A model generated the notes under the pieces. That model had not been told where the DNA came from and ran no database searches. It saw only the letters and a list, made by a program, of their open reading frames with translations. A stretch of DNA of 64,000 nucleotides from Hemiscyllium ocellatum (taxonomy: Eukaryota): NCBI RefSeq assembly GCF_020745735.1, contig NC_083408.1:83482484-83546483 (forward strand), in the 5' to 3' direction. This document shows, piece after piece, positions 53,336 through 64,000 of the stretch (its first letter is position 1; every line of letters begins with the position of its first letter). The position numbers were made by a program, and so were the translations under genes.

Positions 53336-54252
53336 CACATTATTCCATGCTAAGTTTGAGGGAGGAGAATTGTTCTGTGAAGATAATAACTGAGTATGAC
53401 ACCCATACTTAAAATTCTAGTTCTCTTCCCTTTTCTTTCAGCTTGTCCTACTTTGTGATGCCTCTGATCATTTTCTTTGTCATGCTCTGGTCCATGAGTG
53501 ACTGGGAGCAAGTGGTTTGTGCAGAAACCTGACAATCAAGATAAAAATCTCCAATATCTACCATTCCACTCCCTCCACACTTCAAAATCATCACCTAACT
53601 GTACAAACCCCGAATAATCATTTGGCTGTACAGGACATGATTATTGCTAAAAAAGATACATTTTTCAGAAATTATCATCTTGCACTCATCGAGATGTTAG
53701 AAAGAATGCCAATGAATAAGGGGGGCAACATTTTATGCTGCATGATAAGACGATTTGTTTTGTCAGCAAATGGCATTCAATTAGTAGAGGTGGTGCCACA
53801 AAGGTTGCAACAGTTGAATGATGATTGACAATTAACTGCCAAGCTTTGTTTAAATTTAAACAAGATACGTTTACACTTGGTAAGGATTGATTCAGAAGAA
53901 TGCTATTGTCTATTTGTTAATTTGAAACATGCTACAATAGAATTAGTTATTTACAGAAGGGGGCTACTAAAAAGGGATAGGATTCAGACTAATGTATTTG
54001 TCAGAAGCTTCACTCGCATGGTTGGGAGAGTCTAATGCAAATTGGCAGGAGGTGGATATCAGCAGATAGAAGCAAAAAATAAGAATAAGATGCATAAAGT
54101 GATACATTGGACAGCATCAGAGAAGGAAGTAGTACCACATAAGTTAGAGGTAGACTAAGAAGGATCATAAAGAATACAAACACAGAAATGCAATGTATAT
54201 TTTATATAGTATATACATACATAATATGATGAATAAACTTGATAAGCTAAAA

Positions 54253-54381
54253 GGAGAAAGTAAGGACTACAGATGCTGGAGATAAGAGTCAAAAAGTCTG
54301 GCACTGGAAAACTACAGCAGATCAAACAGCATCCAAGGAGCAGTAAAGTCAATGTTTTGGGCATAAGCCCTTAATCAGGAA
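54253..54381 (-). mobile_element. Penelope family B pLTR monomer (hammerhead to tail)
   Basis: 13-bp TSD tgataagctaaaa at 54240-54252 and 54382-54394. Confidence 0.85.
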
Positions 54382-55598
54382 TGATAAGCTAAAATACAAT
54401 TAACCATGTGGGAGTGGAATGTAGTAGATATGGGGACACAAAGTTTAAAATGGTGAGGACTAAGCATTGAATATAAAATGATATAATATTTTCATAAAAG
54501 GTAAATAAGGGAAGATCAGGAGGTAACAATATTTTAATATTGGGAAGAGAGTATTCTCATGAAGGGACAAGAGGAATCCATTTGATTGGGGTTGAGAAGC
54601 ACTAAAGGTAAGATTATGCAACTTGAGGTATTCTGAGAGAATGTTGGTCAAGGTTAAGTGTTGGATGCTGACTGTACAGATTTTTATAAAAGCATAAAAG
54701 GCATGTTAACAAAATTTGAGTCATATAGAATACAAGGTTCAGAGTCCAATTGGGCTTTTAAAAAAGCTTAAGAACAGAAAATAGGTCATAATAGATGTTG
54801 TTTTCATACTTGAGTTTGGTATTCAATGTTATTCCCTAGTGCTAGGATCATGACCTGTGTGTTATATAACTTCAATCTCGGAATAAATGAAATTTCAAAA
54901 TTTGTCAATGATACCTAGCTTGGAGCAATAACAAATAATAAAGCCAATATGAATTGCCTGCAAAAGACATAAACAGATAAGAGGAATGGGCAGACAAGGG
55001 GCAAATTAAATTTAATACAGACAAGTGTGAGGTGATTCTTTTGAACTGAAGGAATAGGGAAGGGCAACATAGACTTAATGGCACAGATCTAAGGATGAAC
55101 AGAGGGACCCAGAAGTTCATTTGTACAGATCTTTGAAGGTGACAGGGCATATTAAGAGTGTGGTTAACAAAATGCATGCAATCTTGGGCTTCAGAAATGG
55201 AAGCATTATTTACGAAACCATGTAAAGCTGTAGTGATCCTAGGTCTACTCAAATGTTTAAGTCCCAACTCGAACACTGCATCTGGTTCTGTTCACTTCAA
55301 GAAAAATGTGAAGATGCTTGAAAGGGGGAGAAGGAGATTTATCAGAATGGATCCAGCCATGGAGGAGGGGAGGGGTGGGGTGGGACACGGTGGGTACGAC
55401 ACGGTTGGGTGGCTTAACTACAAGGTTAGGATGGAAAGACCAAAATTATTCTCCTTGAATTAAAGGAGATTGAGGGGAGATTTCATGGAGATGTATATGA
55501 CAAGAAAAGGTTTAGGCAAGATCGACAAGAGAAAACTCTTCACATTGTTAAAAATCGCACAACACCAGGTTATAGTCCAACAGGTTTAATTGGAAGCA

Positions 55599-55633
55599 CA
55601 CAAGCTTTCGGAGCGACGCTCCTTCATCAGGTG
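55599..55633 (-). ncRNA. Minimal type I hammerhead ribozyme (mirror copy)
   Basis: Exact reverse complement of 55925-55959. Confidence 0.75.
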
Positions 55634-55924
55634 ATAGTGGAGGGCTGGATCGTAACACAGAATTTATAGCAAAAATTTACAGTGTGATATAACTGAAATT
55701 ATACATTGAAAAATTGATTGTCTGTTAAGCCTTTCATCTGTTAAGCCTTTCATCTGTTAGAATACAGTGATAGTTTCACTTCTTTCTGAAAGAAGTGAAA
55801 CTATCACTGTATTCTAACAGATGAAAGGCTTAACAGACAATCAATTTTTCAATGTATAATTTCAGTTATATCACACTGTAAATTTTTGCTATAAATCCTG
55901 TGTTACGATCCAGCCCTCCACTAT

Positions 55925-55959
55925 CACCTGATGAAGGAGCGTCGCTCCGAAAGCTTGTG
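55925..55959 (+). ncRNA. Minimal type I hammerhead ribozyme
   Basis: CAC-CUGAUGA-A-GGAGC-GUC-GCUCC-GAAAGCUU-GUG; stem I CAC/GUG, palindromic stem III AGCU. Confidence 0.75.
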
Positions 55960-57443
55960 TGCTTCCAATTAAACCCGTTGGACTATAACCTGGTGTTGTG
56001 TGATTTTTAACTTTGTACACCCCCGTCCAACACCGGCATCTCCAAATCATGACTCTTCACATTAGCTTAGTAAAAGGACTAGGATGTAAAGATTTAAGAT
56101 TTTGGATAAATTATGCAGATGAAACGTGAGGAAGGATGTTTTACACCACAAGTGGTAATGATCCAGAACCCCTCTTTACACGAAGGTGGTAGATGTTCAA
56201 ACAATCAAATGATTTCAGAGAAGAAATTGGATGGTTTCTTAAAGGAAATAAACTTGTATGGCGATAGGGACCAGTGGAATGGGGCTGCTGGGAAGGAGCT
56301 GACATAAAATCAATGGGCCGATTGGCCTCCTTCTCTGTCATAAATGATGTAATGTACTTTATTATGATCACAGTGGCAAAAACAAAATAGGAGCAAAAGA
56401 CAACAAAAATATTATATGCTTCCAATAGGAACAAGAACAATACAAACTTTTTGTTTCTTTACCATATGGGTTATCGGAGGCAGTCATTTTTATGTAAAGG
56501 TCCATCAATAAAATTTGTATAGCAGTACTCCACATTAAAGGAATAAATGCAATATAAAAAATATTGCTGAACTCTGTTATGCTTTTTTTCAAAAGACAGA
56601 TCACAAAATGACAGAGTATGATCTATTCTAAATTTGTAATCTGCCCTCAGGCCCAAAACACTTTACACTTCAGTAATCTGTTATAATGGCATAGAAGTGA
56701 CAAGTAATAAACTGAGTATGTTCTCAGCAAGACCTAGATTATAAGTAAGGCCACCATAACACAAGAGGCTGCAGTTTCTTTTAAAACACAGCACTGACAA
56801 GCACATAAAGGATTGCATAGTTTTGTCATTTAAACCCTATTAGAAAATTCTAAACCGCAAATGGATTTTAAATCAATCAATAAATAAGGATTTATAAATC
56901 TGAATGGTTAATTCTTCTAATGAACCACACATGTATTCCTTTCTTTACAATGGACTATTTGTAAACTGCAACAGTTGTGTGTTCAGATATTGTTTGATTT
57001 ATTATCAAGTTACTTTGTGGATTCTCTTTTCCCTGGAGTCAGTAAGAGTCACAAATAAAACCTTGAGTCTTGTGCCCCATCCATCCAATATTGTCAGTTC
57101 TCAGCACATGTGCACAATACATTTGACCCTCACAGCACTTGACCTTTGCACTAACAAATATTGTTTCCTGTGATTTGCTTGTGTTCTTTAGCTGATGCAG
57201 GATGCAGCCAATTTTACTTTCAGTCAAGTATTTCAGCTGCAAATCGGAATAAAGATCCAATGAAATTCCTCCTCTGATTTCCTGCATCATACATTGGCCC
57301 AAATGATAAAAATCCGCAGATGAAATTACTATGGAAGTACAAGGTGTGAATTCCAGTTGCTGCAGTTACAATCTCATGTGCTCAAATTACAGAATGTGAA
57401 TTTTACCTGTAAAATTTGAGCTGCAACCATAGCTCATGCTTGG

Positions 57444-57583
57444 CAAAAAACAACCCAAAGAACTGAAGATGTTGGAAATCAGAAACAAAACAGAAATTAT
57501 TGGGAAAACCCAGCAAGTCTAGCAGCATCTGTGGAGGGAAAGCAAAGTTAACATTTAGGGTCCAATAACTCTCCTTCAGAACT
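57444..57583 (-). mobile_element. Older Penelope pLTR monomer, family D
   Basis: Reverse complement reads ttctgaaggagagttattggaccctaaatgttaac...tccacagatgctgctagacttgctg; homologous to 61456-61586. Confidence 0.7.
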
Positions 57584-60203
57584 TCTTGGGCAAGTTGATC
57601 TTCTGGATGCCCTGGGATTCTAGTGTTGTCCTGAACCATGTGGTTTAATGAGTCTATTGTGAACAATGTGAATTATAGTTGTTAGCTGATTGATGATAGA
57701 AAACAAAGATGATGTGAAGGAGAAGCTTTTTTTTAATGCAGCAAGTAGTTCTGATCTTTGTGCTTGCAAGAGTGACAAAGTCAGATGTAATTGTTGCCTT
57801 CAAATGAAAATTAGATAAACATCTGAAGGTAAAGATTTGCGTGTCTACAAGAGTGAGGAATTGAAACTAGTTAAATTGATTTAATTCTTATTTTTTGTTT
57901 CTTTCCAACATGTGAGTATCACTGACCAGATTACATTTACTTCCCCATCCCTAATAGCCCTTGAGAGATGGGTTTAGCATAGACTCGATGAAATTAACGT
58001 CTGCTGGAACCATTCTATGATTCTGTATTTTCCAAAAGATGAAGGATTTAAGACTGCAAAATATTGAAAACCATTCTAAATTGACTGCTTCCTCAAGAGA
58101 TGGTGAGAAAATGCAAATGGCCCAAACACAGTAGCCAGAATGAAAGGCTGTCGAGGGTTACTTATATCCATGCCAGTTTGAATTTAAGGCAAACATGCCA
58201 GATGCAGACTGTGAGTGCTATGAGAAAATCTGGTTTCAATAATAATTTCAAATTGCTAAAGCAGCACAGTTCCCAGATATGAACAAAGAATCATGCACTA
58301 TAAAAGAGGCACTTTGGCCCCTTAAGTTTGTATTGCCAAAGATATGCTACAATGTACTCTAGTCCCAATTTCCAGCCACGGGGCTATAGCCTTGAATGTT
58401 ATGACACTTTCAGTGTTCATCCAAGTACTTCAAAGGTTGTGAGGTTTCCTGCAACAACTATCTTTCTAGTCAGTTCATTTCACAACCCCCACCACCCTCT
58501 GGGTGAAAAACTTTTTTCCCCAAATCCCCTCTAAGCCTCCTGCTTTTCACTTTAAAATTATGTTCCCCTTGCTATCGACCCTTTGGCTAAGGGGAGCAGT
58601 TACTTTCTATTCACACTCTCCATGCCTCCCATGATCCTATACGTCTCTCTCAGTTTCTCCCTCAACCTTCTCTGCTCCAAAGAAAACAACATGAGCCTAA
58701 TTAGCCTCGCTTCATAGTTGAAATGCTCCATCCCAGGCAACATCCTGGTGAATCTCCTCTGCACTCTCTCCAGTGCACTCACATCCTTCCAATAGTGTGG
58801 TAATCAGAACTGCTCTCAGTACTCCAGCTGTGGCTGAAACAAGTTACTTACAGCTCCCACATAATCTCCCCACTCTTATGATCCAAACCTCGACTGATAA
58901 GGCAAGCATTCGGCATGCCATCTTGACTAGCCCCCCCAGTTAACCTGTTCTGCCACTTTCAAGGATCTGTGGACATGCACTTTATGTTCCTCTGAGCTTC
59001 CTAGTGACCTACCATTCGTTGAGTACATCCTTGTCTTGTTGCTTCTTTCAAAGTACATCATCAGACATTTATCAGAGCTAAATTCCTTTTGACACTGAAC
59101 TGCCCATTTGGCCAACTCACCTAGACCTCCTGAACCTGAGACCTTCCTCCTCACTGTCAACCACCCAGAAAATCTGTGTGTCATGTGCAAATTTACTTAT
59201 CACCCACCCCATATTCTCATTATGAATATCACAAATAGTAAAGGACTCAGCATTTGTCCCTGTGGAACGCTACTGGATATTGGTCTCCAGTCACGCAAAT
59301 AGCTTTCTACTACCACACTCTGTCTCCCACCACCGAGCCAAATTTGGATCCAATTTGCCAAGTTATCCTGGATCCCATAGCTTTTACTCTCTTTCTCAGT
59401 TCCTATGTGAGATTTGTCAATGGCTCTGCTGAAGACCATAAAAACTACATGAACCACCATACCCTCATCTACACACTTGGCCAGCTGCTTAAACAAATTC
59501 AATCAAATTTATTAGGCACATCCTCTCTCTGTCAAAGCCAAGCTGATGATCTCTGATTTAAATTTACCTCTGTATACGGAGATTAATTTTCTTCTTCACT
59601 ATTTTCTCCAATAGTTTCCCTACCACTGATCCGAGACTCTCTGGTCTACAATTTCCGAATCTATCTCTACCACCCTTTTTGTAAAATGGATCCACATTTG
59701 CTCTCCTTCAGTCCTTTGGCAGCACTCCTGAGGCAAGAAACAATTGAAAAATCTGGAATCAGCATCCCTGTTATTTCCTCCCCAGCACCCTAGGATACAC
59801 CTTATCCAAACCTGAGGATTTGTCCACTTTCAAATCCACCAAAAAATCCAGTACTTTCTCACTCCCTATGTCAAACTGCTCAAGAATTTCACAATTCACC
59901 TTCTCAAATTCTGTACTTGCATCTATTTCCGCAAGTAAAGACAGATGTGAAGTATTCATTTAACACACTATCAATGTCATCTAGCTTCATGCAATGATTG
60001 TCCTGTTGGTTCCTAATGGCCCTACTCTTACCTTAGTTATTCTTGTCCCCTTGAAATATTTGTAGGATGTCTTGGGATTTTCCCTAAGCTTGCCCAACAG
60101 CACTTTTTCATGCCCCGGCTTTCCTCTCCTAATTGCTTTCTTGAGCTCCCTGCTGCACTTTCCATGCTCCTCCAATGTCCTGCTTCCTTTGCACTTATTA
60201 TCT

Positions 60204-61087
60204 ATTGTTGTGGTTCTATTTGCCGAGCTGGAAATTTGTGTTGCAGGCGTTTCATCCCCTGTCTAGGTGACATCTTCAGTGCTTGGGAGCTTCCAGTTTT
60301 GTACACCAGAACTGCAAAAAGAGGAAGAGGAACACCTATACAATGTATTCGCCAAATACGGATACCCCCGCAATTTCATCAACAGATGCCTAAGGGAAAG
60401 ACAATGGAACGAGGACATGCCACAACTCAAAGGACTAGCCACACTACCATACATCTAAAACATTTCTGAACTGACAGCCAGACTACTGCGACCACTAGGA
60501 CTCATAACAGCACACAAACCAACAGCCACTCTCAGACAACAACTCACCAGTACGAAGGACCCAATACCCAGCATGAGCAAAACCAATGTAGTGTACAAAA
60601 TCCCATGCAAGGACTGCACAAAACACTACATAGGACAAACAGGAAGACAGCTAACGATCCGCATCCATGAACACCAACTAGCCATGAAACGACATGACCA
60701 GCTATCCTTAGTAGCCACACATTCAGATGACAAGCAACATGAGTTCGACTGGGACAACACTACTATTATAGGACAAGCCAAACAGAGAACAGCCAGGGAA
60801 TTCCTAGAGGCATGGCACTCATCCACAGATTCAATCAATAAGCACATCGACCTGGACCCAATATACCGACCACTGCAGCAGACAGCTGGAACTGACAACC
60901 AGAAGCGGCAGATTCAAACCACTACAAGTGCCGGAGGAAAGATCACAGAAGAGCTTCACAGGAGGCTCCCAAGCACTGAGGATGTCACCTAGACAGGGGA
61001 CGAAACGTCTGCAACACAAATTCCCAGCTCAGCGAACAGAACTACAACAACAAGCACCCGAGCTACAAATCTTCTCCCAAACTTTGA
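60204..61087 (+). mobile_element. Poseidon-type Penelope-like element, family C (5'-truncated, inverted pLTR)
   Basis: GIY-YIG NVVYKIPCKDCTKHYIGQTGRQLTIRIHEH...REFLEAWHS; inverted pLTR at 60204-60291; 11-bp TSD acttattatct at 60193-60203 and 61088-61098. Confidence 0.95.
60973..61012 (+). ncRNA. Minimal type I hammerhead ribozyme, intact
   Basis: GCA-CUGAGGA-U-GUCaCCU-AGAC-AGGgGAC-GAAACGUC-UGC; predicted cut after C61009. Confidence 0.8.
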
Positions 61088-61455
61088 ACTTATTATCTGC
61101 CTCTCCCCTCCTCCTTATCCAGTCCTAAACATTTCTAAACATCCATATTTCTCTGGGCGTGTTGCTCTTACATTTTACCCTAAGGATTTCACGCTTTTTC
61201 AATGTATATTTCACTCTTCTGCAGTTCCTCCCACGATTCTGCTGTAGACTTTGCTATTTTTATTCACTTTTACCTGTAACAGTTATGCCATAGCGCCTTC
61301 TGTTACTTTAAGTAATTATGCCAACCCTTATTGAGAAGGTGATAAATCTGCCCAATTTAATTGTCCTTTCTTTCCAAAATATTCTACATCCTCTCAGCTC
61401 CACCTACTGCTCTGACTTATATTTTCTTGATAATACCAATATTATTAATAGCTGT

Positions 61456-61586
61456 TCTAAGGAAGGGTCACCAGAGCCGTAACATTAACTGTAATTTCTC
61501 TCCACAGATGCTGTCAGATCTGCTGATCTTTTCCAGCAATTACTGTTTTTGTTTCTGTTTTACAGCATCTGCAGTTCCTTTGGTTT
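61456..61586 (+). mobile_element. Penelope pLTR monomer, family D
   Basis: 14-bp TSD ttattaatagctgt at 61442-61455 and 61587-61600; begins at a decayed hammerhead core. Confidence 0.78.
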
Positions 61587-61695
61587 TTATTAATAGCTGT
61601 ATTTATTTCTACTTCTAATGTTTGTTACGTTAATAAGAAAAAACTGCAATTTGTTTTTGAATCTTACTTTAAAGCCAGAGATGAACCTTGAATAA

Positions 61696-61923
61696 TATTG
61701 GTGAAATAATTCCATTGAAGCCAGTATCCTGTCACCAAGTGACACTTTACTTACATGTCCGTAGAATTTGACACTAAGAGCCAGCTCTCAGAGTGAACAG
61801 GAGGTCTGTCACTCCATGTCTTACCTGTCAGCCAGGACTGCCTGTTGGACCAGATTAACAGCCCCAACCAGCGAACCCATCTTCTTTGTGACCTATCCAG
61901 CTGACCTCATTGCAATCACTACA
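61696..61923 (-). mobile_element. Probable short solo LTR
   Basis: Minus strand begins TGTAGTG and ends CCAATA (decayed CA end); resembles a short shark LTR recalled from memory. Confidence 0.45.
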
Positions 61924-62071
61924 TTTGGCAATACACTTCTTGACAAAGCTTCCTTTTCTCCAAAGCTGCAAATACTTGTTCAGTTGTTTTGCTTATATTC
62001 TGTGGCAAATCCCTCACCACATCTCACCCCCATCACACTTACTGAGGCAATGGCTCGTTCAAATGAAGTTG

Positions 62072-62340
62072 GAAACAAAAAAGATGCTGTAGAAATTCAG
62101 CAGGTCTGGTATTATCTCTTGAGAGAAAAACAGAGTTACTCCTTCAAATCCAGTGACCCTGTTCTGATAAAGGGCTTATGCTCGAAACATCAATTCTCCT
62201 GCTCCTCAGATGAAGGGTCATGGAACTCAATATGTTGCTTTATTTGTCTCTCTATGGGCTACCAGAGCTCCTGAGTTTCTCAAGCACACTCTATTTCTGT
62301 TCCAGATCGCCAGTATCCAACTGATCTTTGTTTATATTCT
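62072..62340. mobile_element. Chimeric Penelope mini-element (family D palindrome with a family B core)
   Basis: D-like inverted arms around ctgataaagggcttatgctcgaaacatc...; flanks aatgaagttgg / aatgaaattgg. Confidence 0.6.
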
Positions 62341-64000
62341 AATGAAATTGGTATGTTCACAATAGATCAGGGAATTCTTAATTGGAAATTGTTTTTTAAT
62401 AGAGAAATTTTAAATGAAGTTTTATACCCTGGCTGTACCCAGAGGCCCGGAAATGGGTTGCTCATTGTTCAGTTTTAATTACCAGCAATTCTCACCTAAT
62501 TGTTACACAAACAGAAATTGTTTAAACTTTAAGTTTGTTTGATTTACTATTGCATCAAGGTTCTTAGCCAGGTTTTGTCTATTTCACTTACAGTTAACAC
62601 TTTCATCTCTGATCTAGAGGTTATACTCTAAAACATATAAACCATGAAGTGGATTTTCACAATACCCGTCAAATTTCTTACATAGGCTGCTCCATCAAAG
62701 TTCTTATCTGAGCCTTCAACAGTGGAATTTATGTGTGACTTTATCCTCAGATAGACTGGCACTTGCATTAACTTGTTCCCTATCCTGACTGCTGCTCACC
62801 AATGTCTTACTACATGCAATTCTAAACTATCCCCTAAAGTACATACAGTGTCAGTATTTGAGTGTTGATGCTTCTTCTTCATCACTGTCTTCCTGCCCCT
62901 TCACCTCTAGCTCTTCAATCAGTGCCTGGCTACATAGGCATCTGGAAGAAAAAAGGTACAAGGCACAAGGATTGTGCTGAGATGTGCCCTCATATCACTG
63001 GTAGTTTGTAAATGAGGAGGAAGTGACTATAAGGCAATTGTATTGAAGAATGCTGTCATCCCTGCTGCTCATTGTAGCCTTAATCAAGGTCAGTCAGTGA
63101 CAGTCAGCACTGCCTCCTTTATTAGGATAGAGGACATGCAGCTCAGCCTATCCTTCATCAGTTAGCTCCTGCTGTATCTGGTAAGGCACCAATTCTCCAG
63201 CAGGAGTGAGTGATTTGTGTTAGTGGCTATGGTGAAAACTAATTGGATGATGCAGGTGCCATGATTAAATATCTGACTGTGTGCGGGAAATGTGAGATGT
63301 GGAGATAAATCTTGCTGTACTGAGTAAGGAAAAGGTGAAGCTATGGATATTGGAAATAGTTCTGACTGTTGGTGACTGAATGAGTGGTTTGTGGCACATT
63401 GAGAATAGTGGTAGAGTTGGTGGGATGCAATAATTGAAGTTGCATTCACTGATATTTGGCACTTCAGTGAAATCCTGAACCTTCTGCATCCAGGTCACAC
63501 AAACCTGAATTCTGGCAGTTAACACTATGACTATTCAGTCCTCTTGTCTTTACAAAGTTCTCTAGAGGGAATCCAAACCACTTGCAAATCAACAATAGCT
63601 CTTCTTAACACTTTCTACCAAAGTATCTAAGTAAATCTGAACAACTTTGGAACCATTCTCTGTCATGTTGTGCTATAGAGTGTTCTCCATGCCAAAATCT
63701 CTCTTTTTTAAATTTACTTACTGCACCTGCTCTAGTCATGATACAAATCTCTTCCAAGAGCAGTTTAAGCAGTTCGAGCTAGCTGGAGTTTGTGCTAACC
63801 TCTCACGATTCTATTCCTCTCAGTCAGGCATGTAGCCATCAACAGTGCACTAAGTGCTGACTTCATGCTGCAATCATTGATTTAGGAATCAACGGGTGCA
63901 TTCTGACCCCCCAGCTATTTTTAGGCTCTGTCCAACTTTGTGGCCCAGATCTCCAATTCCAGCAAATATTGCATTTGCAACAAGCTCAGAGTTGCATGTT

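Larger units (their letters stand above)
55547..56051. mobile_element. Young family A Penelope insertion forming a 465-bp palindrome
   Basis: Arms 55547-55786 and 55788-56011, 1-nt centre, 40-nt tail, 12-bp TSD actcttcacatt at 55535-55546 and 56052-56063. Confidence 0.95.
54660..56345 (+). mobile_element. Degenerate CR1-like RT and 3' UTR, interrupted
   Basis: ISKFVND, QIKFNTDKCEVI, LERGRRRFIRM, LRGDFMEMY; tail atgggccgattggcctccttct. Confidence 0.7.
58280..61330 (-). mobile_element. Degenerate CR1 LINE ORF2, interrupted by a Poseidon-type PLE
   Basis: LERVQRRFTRMLPGM, SSVPQGQMLSPLLF, LKVDKSSGLDKVYPRVL, LRENPKTSYKY. Confidence 0.85.

Overview
Eukaryotic DNA, probably intronic or intergenic, dominated by transposable elements. 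The HE1 V-SINEs with (TCTAA)n tails and the CR1 and Penelope types point to an elasmobranch (shark); this is an inference. No host protein-coding exon could be recognised, and the long ORFs in the track are TE remnants or artefacts of a 33-bp GC-rich minisatellite. Contents: one near-full-length CR1 LINE (esterase ORF1 plus APE-RT ORF2, disrupted) and many CR1 fragments; six HE1 SINEs; Gypsy gag and solo-LTR remnants; Harbinger remnants; and at least 16 Penelope-like element (PLE) insertions from 4-5 families (Neptune-type, Poseidon-type and short pLTR-only copies). The most notable signal is in the PLEs. Every pLTR family carries a minimal type I hammerhead ribozyme (CUGAnGA-x-stem II-GAAA-palindromic stem III). 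Most copies have 11-16 bp target-site duplications. Inverted copies consistently have one end with the ~35-40 nt terminal tail and the other end at or near the tail boundary. Truncation and fold-back points cluster inside the ribozyme. A 465-bp near-perfect palindrome carries two intact ribozyme cores. A second candidate system is a composite VNTR-containing non-autonomous retroposon (10.1-12.0 kb, with a relative at 51.4-52.1 kb). All calls were made by eye without database searches, and boundaries of degenerate elements are approximate.
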